Assembly: GCA_036172245.1 (NCBI GenBank)
Contig: JAYWIR010000030.1
Span: 2,418,001-2,482,000, forward strand
From: Raillietiella orientalis
Taxonomy: Eukaryota
Direction of reading: 5' to 3'
DNA: 64,000 bases
Shown: piece after piece, positions 22,705-33,474 of the stretch
Numbering within the stretch: the stretch's first letter is position 1
Layout: the number at the start of each line of letters is the position of its first letter
Made by a program: the position numbers and the translations under genes
Notes under the pieces: model-generated
Database searches by the model: none
Seen by the model: only the letters and a program-made list of their open reading frames with translations
What the model was told of the DNA's origin: nothing

Positions 22705-25389
22705 GTAACGGGATAGACGGGAAGGGGGGAGCGCAACGCCGAGCCGCGCCTGCAGCGCCGTCTTAGCGGCACAATCCTTTCCTCTCAGACCGAGATAGTC
22801 TCCCGGAGAGGCTCTCGGACCCCGCGGACCCCTGCTACGCGACCCTGAAGCCTCTGCCCCCGAAGGGCACTCCTGAGTGAGGCAGAGGGAGGCAGCACCT
22901 CCCAAAAGGCGTGACGATCCCCTCTTCCCGCTCCTCCTCCCCTGCTGAATAGCGAAGAGATGGCGCTAGTGGGCGTCTTTCCTCTCATTCCCGTCTTGCT
23001 TCCTTTCTTCGTGTACCGTCCTTCCCCTTCGTCCCACCCCCGCGATCATTCTCTCACGTGGACCGGAGAGCGGACGTCCGGTCCCCTCGCCAGAAGTGGC
23101 ACGCGATAGCCGCTGTGGACTTCGCCCGCTTTCCGACGTTCCCTTGCAGCGACACTGAGGGCGTTTCGGCGTCGGGCCGTCCCCGTAGTTCTTTGCAGGG
23201 TCGGAAGGATGAGGAACATCCTCGGAGGCCCCAATCTCCCTCTTTTACGGCCACCTCCTGCGTGTTGCTTAGCCAACCGGGGCAGCTGCGCGAGGGTACA
23301 TGGTCGGCGGGTGGCGCCGGGGCTCCTGCCCGCGGAGGCGTGAGGTCAGCCGAGCAGGAGAGCATCGCCGAGCAACGGAACCCACGTGCTGCCTGCATGG
23401 GAATGCCGCAACGGGACTACGCGCGTGCGTGCGTGCGGGCTGGCCGCGGCGCGGCGCGCTCCCCGTGCGATCGATCCCGGGAGAGCGAGCTGCGCCCGAA
23501 CCCTTGCGTGCTCGCCTCCCCCCCCCCCTCCTTTCGCTCTTCGCTTCCCCCACCTCCCGATCGATCACCTCCGATTAAGCGGCAGCAGCCCCCGCAGGGG
23601 AGCAGCGCTCTCAGGAACGTGATGAAGATGTCCGTCGCTTCTCTGCCGCCGTTCTGCGCGGGCGTGAATCGCTCGATCGGAGCTCCTCGCGCGGCCAGTC
23701 CAGGCGACTGCGGCAAAGGCTCGTGATTCGACCGTAGCGCCGCCGCCGCCGCAGTGCTCTGCCTCCCAGAGGTCGGCTTCGTTCGCGTGGAGACCAAGCA
23801 GGGGAGGAAGAGGGAACCAGAGAAAGGAAGGAGGGATCCTCGGTCCGATCCCCAGTAGCGCCCCCACCGCAGCGGTAACCCATGATCTCCGCGCGCCGCA
23901 ACGACGCTTGGCCGCCAAACCGCAGTTCGCCGACCTCTTGAGCGCTCTTCCCGCCGCCGACGTGAGCGCCGACCTCTACCAGAGGGAATCCGGGGCTGGG
24001 AAGGGAGAGGAGGCCCGGTCCCCCTTTGCACCCGCGCAGCCGGGAGGAAGGTGCTTCTGCTAGGTCTTCGGTTAGAGAGGCAGCTCTCTGATGCCGAGCC
24101 GTGAGCGCCAAGCGGGCGAGCTGGCTCTCCGCGTCCGGAGGCCGAGACTCTCGTCGCTTCCGACGACTGACCACCTCCCAGACGAGTGCGCACTTCGTGC
24201 TCCCTTGGCGAGGCGCCTCTAATCCGGTCGCACAGCCCTGGATTTGGGACAACTCTCACTCGTACGTGGATCATGGACGTCAAATGTCGGGCGTGGCTCC
24301 TGGGCGCGGCTGGCGATCGTGAATACCCTCCGCGGTGGGAGGGGTCTCGTAAGGGGAAGCCTCGACGGCGGTTCCAAGGCGACGCATCACCCGGAAGGGA
24401 GGCCGGCCCGTCAGTCACGCTGGCTTGACCCGCGCTGCTGCGCGACGATCCACGGGTGCGTCAGAGTTTTCCCCGCGGGACTGGGGAGCGTTCCTGACGC
24501 TCCGGGCAGCAGCCGGCGTCGATCGTTCGGCGTCCGCAAGATAGACGGGCGCATCCACCTCGTTCCGCAGCCCTCGCCCGGAGGCACCTCCTCTTCGGAT
24601 CAGTTTGCGTTCCTTCCTGGAACCACCCTCTTAGAGTGACGGTTCGGGACGCCCGTCTCTCGGAACGGAATTGTCCCCAACCGCGTCCAAAGAGATCCTG
24701 GCAGCGGCAAAGGAGGATGCCAGCCGGGACGCGCGACCGCACGTGGGCCAGCAGGAGCACACCCCTGGCGTGGTGTAGCTGAACCACACCCCAGTCCAAT
24801 CGTGTGTGTGGTCTTCGAGGAAGAGTCTCTGTGTGGTGGGAAGGGGGGGAAGTTTGTGGTTTCGCTGACCTTATCAAAAGAAAAGGAAGGAAAGAAGGAT
24901 GCAATAGGGAGCAATGAAGAGGGATTGAGCAGCGTGCGACTTGTCCTCCTCTCTTTCCTCCACCTCCTCCTCCTCCCTTCCTGTTCTCTTCCTTTCCTCT
25001 TCCCTCCTTCCTGGCGCTCGCGGGCGGACGGTGCTTGGAAACGGTCGAGACTCCGAGCAGTCCTCTTTCGGACGAGCACGCGTTTTTTTCGTTTTGAACT
25101 ACCGGCAACAGATAGCACGCAGGGGCCTCCGCAACGCTACTCTGTCGTCGCCTCGGGCGTGGACTTTGACCGCTCGATCCCAAGCGAGAGATTGATCGGG
25201 AGCCGCAGAACCGTCCCTCTGACTCTGCCCTAAGCTCACAGGAGATGCTGACGAGGACTACTGCGGGCATCCCTCCCATCTCCCCTCCCTCGGTACTCGA
25301 TGCAGCATCTTCGCTTGCCGCTGAGACACCTCCATGCGTCGTGGCACCGAAGACGATCAGCACCGGGGATAGGCGAATTGGAGGGCTCC

Positions 25390-27000
25390 CATGCTGAAGA
25401 TCACCTTTTCACTTTTTCTCCTGTACCCTCCCCTCCCTCCCAGCGAAGCGCGTTGCTCAGGATCATTGTGGAGTTCCACCCCCGCCCTCCGGGTTGGCCC
25501 CGGCCCTCCTTTTCGCCGGACGATCCGCGGACCGCTCTTCCTTCTCGCGCTATTCATCACGGCCCTCACTGGCGCTGCCCCTACCGTGGAGGAGTTTTCC
25601 GGGAGCGTTTTGTCCGATGGCACTTACCTGACGGATCGCCACGCGCGTTACACCGGGCTCTCCCGCACTTCCAGGCAGTCCTGGAGGAATTCGCCCTTCC
25701 CTGCGCCTAATGGTCTCCCGCTTCCTCCCTCCCCTGCCCCGGAGTCATCCGCCTTCCGGGAGCGGCGTTCATTCGCTGCAAAACGACCTTGATTTTCCCC
25801 CCTCCTCCCTTCCATCTCAAGTTAGGGGACGCCCGGTTCGCTATTCCACGGATGGTGGAGCTATTGCTGCTTGCGAGGTGCATCCAGGAGGAGCCACGGA
25901 CCAGGAGATGCGCCGTATTCCCGTCGCCACTCCCAAAGTCTCCCCGCTTCGCATTGGATCCTGGAGGAGGATCCACTCGCACCTGCACCACTGACCCCAC
26001 AGCAACCATGCCGGGACCTCTCGGAACCCCCAGTAATTCGGCGGCGGCGAGGAACTGCCGTCCTTGGGCAGAGGACGGGACTCGGCCGTTTGCGCACGCG
26101 GGTTCCGAGCACGTGGCGAGAGCGGCTGCCCACGCGCCGGACCGGATGCCTCACATCCTCGGGGAGGCTCCCGCTCGAAGAGCGCGCGTCCGTTCGCTGG
26201 AGGAACCACCACCCAGACCACGAGCATCCTCGCTCATCCCGCAGGCAGAAGACGAAAGAATTCTCTCAGATGATCATTCCGCTCCGAGGACTGCGGTAGG
26301 AAGGAATCTGTTGAGGAAGGAATGCCAGATCAACCGGCGCCCTCGTTTTCGGCGACCGAGACAGAGGATCCGGGCTCGCAGGAACCGACGCGGGAAAAAG
26401 TCATCTGATCCACAGGATGTTGCTTGGATACAGACGCGTTGATTTTTCTCTCCCCCTCAGACACACCAGGAGTCGACCCGAGGAGGTGGACAGCACGTGG
26501 AGAAATTCATCCGTGGAAAATGGGCCGCTCTTGAGCCGAATGATGCCACGCGTACGAAGGAAAAAAATCGATTTCGCTTCAGGAGAACGGGGAGCGCTCT
26601 GCATGCAGGGGAGGCAGAAGCGGACAGTTCTTCGAGGGACCTTCCTGCGAAACTACCAGGATTCCTCCCGCTTCCTAAGGGAAAACTTCTCTCGGGCCCC
26701 TGGGTTCCGTTTGAGAATCTCTACGTGTGGGAAGCAGAGTGCACTGCCATTTTAATTCATCACATTGTTGGTGCGTGCTGAACAAAATGGCGCGCGCGAG
26801 ACGACACATCCCCCGAAGCAGGGCCGTTCCGAGGCGCCATTTATTGAGAGAAACACGCAGCAAAACACTGAGTGCCTGCCGCACGAAGGAGAAAAATCTT
26901 AAATGATCCAGAGGATCAGAGATTCCTCAGCCCGATGAGGCACACAGTGAGTCAGAATGACTGTTTAAGAGAAGTGGATAAAAATAGAACCTTGAGCGAA
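25390..27000 (+). pseudogene. Probable decayed AAA-ATPase-like paralogue H (intronic)
   Basis: Weak motifs in order: LLARCIQEEPRTRRCAVF, KEFSQ, SDPQDVAWI, MEKFIRG. Confidence 0.25.
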
Positions 27001-27699
27001 TTTCGCAAATGGTCCTTGAAGCAAAAGCAAACTGTGGGATCTCATAATATGCAAATCAAAGGGATGCAAACACCAAAACCTCCCAGATCAGACCCCTGAA
27101 ATCAGCTCTGCGCGCAACTGGAAGAAGGAATGGAATCCAACATACGTTCTGCGTGTTCTCCGCACTGGGTAGAGTGAAAATCTCTGACGCACTGCAATTT
27201 CTGAAGCTCGGGAGACGAAGAAAAAGAGGCGACCAATGTGGCTGCAAATATTGAATGCGGATCGAACCAGAATGAAGAAAATGAAAAGAAAAGAAGAAAA
27301 AAGCACTCAGGCTCTTTCTCAAGGAGAAACCTCATCAAGGAGTGTGCAGACTACCGGAGACTGGAAAACTCACAATGGTCCCGTTTGGAGAGACCCGCGT
27401 CTTCCGTCCTGGATAGCAAAGAGCCTGAGCAGGAGCGTGGAGGGAAGCGACGCGTCCTTCCTGGTTCACTCTGCTTTCCCAGTTCGTCGACAAGGGGAGT
27501 GGCGAAGGACTCCTTCAACGACTCCTCACCAGAGGAAACCGGGCAGGTAGCAAAATCCGGAGATTCTCCTCGTGCGCGCCCGACTCCGCAGTGCCCGGGG
27601 AGGTGAATACGCGCGTGTCCCTGCTGCCTGGCGGTTTCGCCCCATAGCCGCTGTGGCTAGGCAGCAACCCAGGCGTCCGCCGGCAGCGGGCTCAGCGGC

Positions 27700-28650
27700 C
27701 GCTTCTGCCCGCCTCCTCTTCGCCGGCTATTCTCCTGAGAAGACGCTCGCCCCTTGTTCTCTTGTGGCTCTCTGCTTGCCACCCAACCACGGGTGCCACT
27801 TCCAAGTAACGATCCACAGTCTCCACTTGCTACCTAAATAACTGCTGAGTGCTTCCACTTTGTCCCTTTCCGTTGAACGATGAGTACCCATTGGGATTCT
27901 CGCCCTGGGGCACTGAATGGTCATCTTGTTTGGGGTTTGTCCCCAGGATATCTCGGCCGGCAGTTACCAACTCGTAGTGCATCCTTTCTAACCTAAGTCA
28001 CCAACTCACCACACATGGCAAGCGTGAGGGGTCGTCGATGCATCCCCAACGGATGCATCGGCGTTGGAGACGTTGTCCGGTAACCTCTCCCATCTCTCGG
28101 CCCTTCTGTAGGGGCGATCGGCGCCTTCTCTGGTGGGAGATGCCTGCTCTGGGCAGAAGAAAGGGTTGCATCATGAAAATGCCCTGAGGTCCCGTGCCGA
28201 CCGATGCGGGACGCGTCCTCACCTTGGTTCGGAAGTTTTGCAACACGGAAAGTCGAGAGACTGACGAGTCATCCTCGGTCTTGAGATGATTTCCTTCCCC
28301 GCGTGCGCGTCGGCAGGGTTGCCACCCAACAGTTGGAATGTCCATCCGCCTTGGTTCCTCGAGATGCTCGCCTTTCCGCCGTCCAGGAGCTCGACGCATC
28401 ACTTTTGGCTCTTTCCCATCTTGCAGCAACCGCTGCGGACCTGAATCCTTTCGGGCCGTCGACGTGCGCTTCCAGTACCTTTTCCACCCCCGTCCGCAAT
28501 GCCCCTCGAGGGAGATCGGCCCGGTCCAGGGATGCGAACAGCTGGAAGCAAACGCCAGCAGCCAAGTGGTCTACCTCTTCGGCCTGGCCGTTCTCGGAAG
28601 CCCACGGTATCCCAGCTTCAGCTTTGTGTCTACCCCCGGAGCCGAGATCA
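27700..28650 (-). pseudogene. Decayed AAA-ATPase-like paralogue I (intronic, antisense to Glut1)
   Basis: SLDRADLPRGAL...VLEAHVDGPKGFRSAA in one frame (ORF 28269-28670) resembles VDKTLLI..L...ILITAPRRFGKST. DRYLEVAPVVG (~27800) resembles N.YLE.AL.TG. Confidence 0.45.
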
Positions 28651-28799
28651 TCGCCTAGTGATGTCTTCATGTACGCTCCTTGAGGCGGGTCGACAGTTCA
28701 TCATGAGTCTCCGCGACCGCTGCTTAGTGGTTGATGCATTTGTTGAGGATGCCGCCTGATGAATCTCACCATCCTCCACACGTTCTGCCCAAGTGATCG

Positions 28800-28863
28800 A
28801 TGCCGTTCCTCCTCCGTGGTAAAGGATGCTCATGCCGTGCCTCCTCCGTGGTAAGGGATGCTC
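28800..28863. repeat. 32-bp tandem duplication (2 copies, 2 mismatches)
   Basis: ATGCCGTTCCTCCTCCGTGGTAAAGGATGCTC followed by ATGCCGTGCCTCCTCCGTGGTAAGGGATGCTC. Confidence 0.95.
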
Positions 28864-29899
28864 ATGCCCCGTCCATTCGCGATCTTCCCGATAAAGTTCC
28901 TCTCACCAAAGCATCCGCGAGCACATCTGTTTCTTGTTGTTCAGGACACCATAGGCTTGCGTGTTGGTCATCTTCAGGGCGCGGCATGCGTCTGACAATT
29001 TCCTTGAATTTCAGCTCCCAAAGAATCTTCGAATGCGAGGAAACCGCGAGCGAATCGGCGCTGTCGTCGCGCTCTGGCAACATCAGCGACAGCAACAACA
29101 AAACAAAGCAAAAAAGAACATTGCAGAAGGCGTTCAGTTCTGACCCAGAAACGGGCTGAGGAGAGTCGCTTCGGAGGCGCGTTTGCACCAGGGAGCCGTT
29201 CTCCGGCCAGAGAAAGGAAGGGCGTCCCGTCTGGAGGCCGGTTTCGCCACCGCGCCGCGAGGTAGTGCGTGCGCGCTCCTCGAAAGGGCGCCTAATCTAC
29301 GAGGGCACGGTGCTGGGCTTCGCAAAGAATCCCCGCAGGGGGAATGGCCACCTTCCGGCCCTGTTCCCATTCCGTGTCTGTTTGCTTCGAAGCGTTCCAA
29401 GGATGATAGTGGACCTCATTGACCATGTGTTCCTCCGGAGCTCGTCCGGAGGAACACACCAGATGCGCGTCCTTTGGCTTCGGGTATTTGGGAACAAAGG
29501 CGATCCGATGAGCCCTTAGTTCGGCTGCTTGATTCTTAGGCGGTTAAAGAGCTTCCTGACCGTAGGAACGCTAGGGCTTCTTTCCTGGATTCTTCAAAAA
29601 TTTCGGGAACCAATGCAAGGCCTGTGGACGATTGCAAGGGAGCAATTTCGCAACTTCCCCAACCTCTCCAGCTTTCCGACTTTTGGAGAAAAGGCCGGTG
29701 CCTGCGCCGCGGATGTCTACGGGCGGAGACGTCTCGTGTAGAGGCGGAAGAGTCGTCTGTTGCGGTGTCTCCACTCGGTTCGTACCCAAAGCCTCGAGTT
29801 CGGCGCGTGCCGTGCCGGCTTCGACGAGTTACGCCGTTGCATCGGGACGAAGGCGCATTCTTTTCTGGCGTCTCGACCACAAGCATCTGCAGCAACCGC

Positions 29900-32620
29900 T
29901 TGCCTCTGGGCGGGAGCGTCCAGAGACTCCTGCTTGAATGTGCCAGAGCGGATCATTTGCTCCTCATAGGAGTCTCTGTACCTCGATGCCTTGAGGATTC
30001 GCATGGTGGAAAACTTTTGCGCTTTGTCTGGATCTCGAGAGAATCTTTGATCTTGCAGACAGGGTAATTTTAAAACGCCCCCGGCATTGCACCTTCGTCT
30101 CTCCTCCCTTCGAGCGTAATGGACTCCGAGTATCGGTTGCCCTCCGAGTTACAGACGCGAGTCTTCTTTCCTGCCTGATGTCTCAAGGGCCTCCTGTCCG
30201 AGCGGTGGAACCGGAGTGCACATTCCGTGATTTTCAGCACACCCCAAAGGGTGGAGCTTTCTCTGTTAAGGTTGCTGGGAACTCGAGTCATCTACTCTTC
30301 ATCAGCATCCCCACCTTCATGATTCAGTCTTTCGTCTTGGTCAAAAAGTGGTCGTTTGGATGCTTCAAATCAGCCAAGCTCCAGAAACGAAATATCTGCG
30401 TGTGGATCTTCTTGTGGATCTCCGACAGCGCTTTTCAACCCAATCTTAGATCAGACCACGGAGCAGCCTCGAACTCTTGAGCTCGCGTCCAGCGGTTGGG
30501 GATGATGCCCGTGGTCGTTGGTAAAGCAGTGACATCTGGTTCCCGAGCGGTGGCATTTACACCGCCGTGGTGACCTTCTCACGGATGGCGATGGCACCCC
30601 TCCGCGCGATGGTCCCGCGACGTGGAGCGAGTGAATCCACTCCCATAACAACCGCCTCCTGGAGGTCTCACCCGGGTTGATGCTTGGCCACTTCCATAGA
30701 AATCCTATGCAAGTCATCTTACCTGAGAAGCTGCTGCTCTAACAGCAGCAGCTTCTCAGATACCCTGGAACGGGATGCATCCAAACTTCAGGGTATGGAA
30801 GCGGCTCGGCTGCCCGACAATGCGCTGACACCAATTGCACTGTGGTACAGATGCACCACCCGAGCTCGCCTCCGGAGCAGTAGATCAGCTGGAACGTGGA
30901 ATCCACAGGGAGCTGACCCGACCTGACGATCGGAGTCGAACTGACACCGTAGGGCGCGCTAATTTCGCTCTTCATTCCTCGTTGAGAGAAACGTTAGGAA
31001 CGGATTCGCTCCTGTGATTGGGTAGCTGGAAGGTCAGATGACTCCCCAGAATTGAATGGTACCGTTAGTCAGCATCCTCCTCCTCCATCATGGTTGAGTG
31101 TGAGAGCTCTCTCTCCCTACGCAGAGGGACAGAGGCCATGATGGGCGTCTGCCACTAACGTGCAATGGGGATCCTTTTGCCCGTATTTACCTTCCACATA
31201 GCTGACCAATCTTCCATGTGTCCCCCCTCGCGACCGTGCCTAAGGGCTTCGAAAAAATCCTTATGTCCAAGGATCGACTCAGCTGTGAATGAAGAGGATA
31301 CTGCGGTCTTCTGTCTCTTCCTGAGGAGCAGCAAACCGTGGTTTCTAAGGCGTCGTTGCCTTCTGGCTCCATAAGGAAGGGACGAGTTCTTGAGGAACGC
31401 AGCTAGACCCTGAATGACCTGAATTCCAAAAAGTGGAGAACGTCGTCAAAAGCGAGTATTGAGACCTCAACGGTTCCTTGCCTCATGAGCCACTTGGCAC
31501 CTGGATGTCTGATCGCCACAGCAAATCTGCTCTTCTTCCAAAGAGATTCTTTCCGATGAATTCATTCATTGCTCTGCAAAGGAAGTTATCCTAGATGACT
31601 TCATCATGAAGGACTCCTGTTCACGGATCAGCATTTCGTTAGTCAAACCAACAGTGCAACACCACGAGTCTCGAGGAGAGTTTCCTGGAAGTTTCTCCTA
31701 TTCACATAGAGAGTCCTTGGGGATGCAGGCATGCGGGAGCAAGTCGTGTCCTCGAGAATGTGCCGCGACACAGGATGGAGCGGATCTTAAAGAATCTTGG
31801 CACAGTGCAGCTTCCGTCGACAGCTTCTCTCACCAGGAGGTGGGTGGATCGATACGTGACGGAAAGACACGGGTGCGAAAGAGTTGCAACGCATCAAAAT
31901 TCAGCCTGTTTTTTCCTCGCTCCTCCACTCGACCGTCTCTTCTGGGATGCATCCTTTTTCGAGAGACATCGGCTGCGGCTCAAGAACGTGGCTCAAGTGC
32001 TGGATTCGATAACTGCCGAACTTCACCGCGCTCCAGATTCATTCGAGCTTTCTTTAAACTGAAAAGGGAACGAAAAGGGAGTCTTTTGTCGCTCCTTAAA
32101 CCTCCTCCGAGCTTTCTTAAAACTGAAAAGGGAGTCTTTTGTCGCTTCCAGTAGCGGCTTCAGCGACGGGAGTCTGCAGGCCTACAGTCTCGGGCAGTCC
32201 AGTCCGCGAACGTTCCTCGTAATTCTTCTCTGCTGTCTGCAGAAGGCCACATGGTCTCGTGCCACAGTCTCCCTTCTCCAAGGTGTCGTCGGTTGAATAG
32301 CCAACATCTTCTGCAGGATCGATCGACAGACTCTTTGATTCTTCTCTCGTCATCTTCGACCCTCCTTCGATTCCCTGGTTGCGGTGGCTTTGATCTTCGT
32401 TAAGCAGTAGCCATCTTTGCGGTCCTTCCCTTCGATGCAGGGGTTGCCTCGCCACCCTTCCGTCTTGATTCGTTCGCTTGCTTCCCTTGTTCATTCCCAC
32501 CATCGTGCTCTCTTGGCAGCTCCAGAAGCGTCCCTGCGTGCTCGCGGCTATCACTGAGGACGACAAAGAAGGCAGAGTTCTTGTCTGGAACGGGTGCAAA
32601 GTTTAGGAAGGACTAACGGA
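29900..32620 (-). pseudogene. Decayed AAA-ATPase-like paralogue J (intronic, antisense to Glut1)
   Basis: In order: VPDKNSAFFVVLSDSREHAGTLLELPRE (~32590-32510), GKNRLNFDAL (~31900), KIL*DPLHPVSRHIL..TCSR (~31790), CTVGLTNEM (~31650), LAAFLKNSSLPY (~31400). The 3' boundary is uncertain. Confidence 0.45.
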
Positions 32621-33252
32621 GGTTCTCTGCACTGTGGTGCATCATCACCACAGCGCCGTTTCCCTTCTGCGCCAGAAATGTGTTGTGTCTCGCCGTCGCC
32701 CGTCCCAGCCGGTAAAAACCGACGGCGACGACGATGACTCCTTGAACGGAGAGTTCCACCAGAGTTCCGCAGCAGCGTTGGCGCCCGGCCTGCGGGCCTG
32801 CACACGGTGGCCACGGGGTTACTGAGTCTGCGCTATGGCCTAGAAAAAAAAAAAAAGGTTGCACCAACCCATGAGCTCGATAACCCTCCACGATGCCCTA
32901 CGGGCTGGCCTGCAGGGTGCCTGCATGCTTCCCTCCATCCCTGACCACGGACGCGTCTTCGAGTTTGCGTTCCATCTTTCTTTCCATGGCAACAGCCGAG
33001 CTTTAAAGCGGCTCCTTCCAGAGGCTTCGGGCGCCACTTGCGCCCTTTCTCTCGCTTTTCTCTTGCTTTCACCTGTCTTCGGGGCGCTGTTGTCGCCCTC
33101 TCACGCGTAGAGGTCGCGCCGGGCTTGAGTCCTTCTGAGAGTGCTAAGGGAGCGCGCGCGCGCGTCACCCACGGGGAGCGGATGATACCTCTGACCCCGA
33201 AGGGTTAGCTGTCTCGGGGACCGAGTCGACTGGGAGCAGGAAAGCAGGAGAA

Positions 33253-33474
33253 GGAGAGAGAGCAGGGCAGAGATGTGGGAGGTTTGCAGCTTTAGCCACA
33301 TGCGGGGGGCGGGCACAGATGAACAGCAGGAAGTGCAGAAGATCCCAGGTGGAGACGCACTTGGGACTTCCTGCTGTTCATCTGTGCCCGCCTTCCGCAT
33401 GTGGCTAAAGCTGTGCACCTAACACATCTCTGCCCTGCTCTCTCTCCAAGTGCGTCTCCACCTGGGATCTTCTG
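33253..33474. repeat. Interleaved inverted repeats A-B-A'-B'
   Basis: A (33253-33334) is complementary to A' (33366-33447), about 80 bp with a few mismatches. B (33336-33364) is perfectly complementary to B' (33446-33474), 29 bp. Confidence 0.95.

Noticed and set aside
27700..32600. Endogenous RNA-virus polymerase remnant
   Set aside because: No GDN, GDD or SDD polymerase motif context found; the ATPase-family motif order explains the region better.
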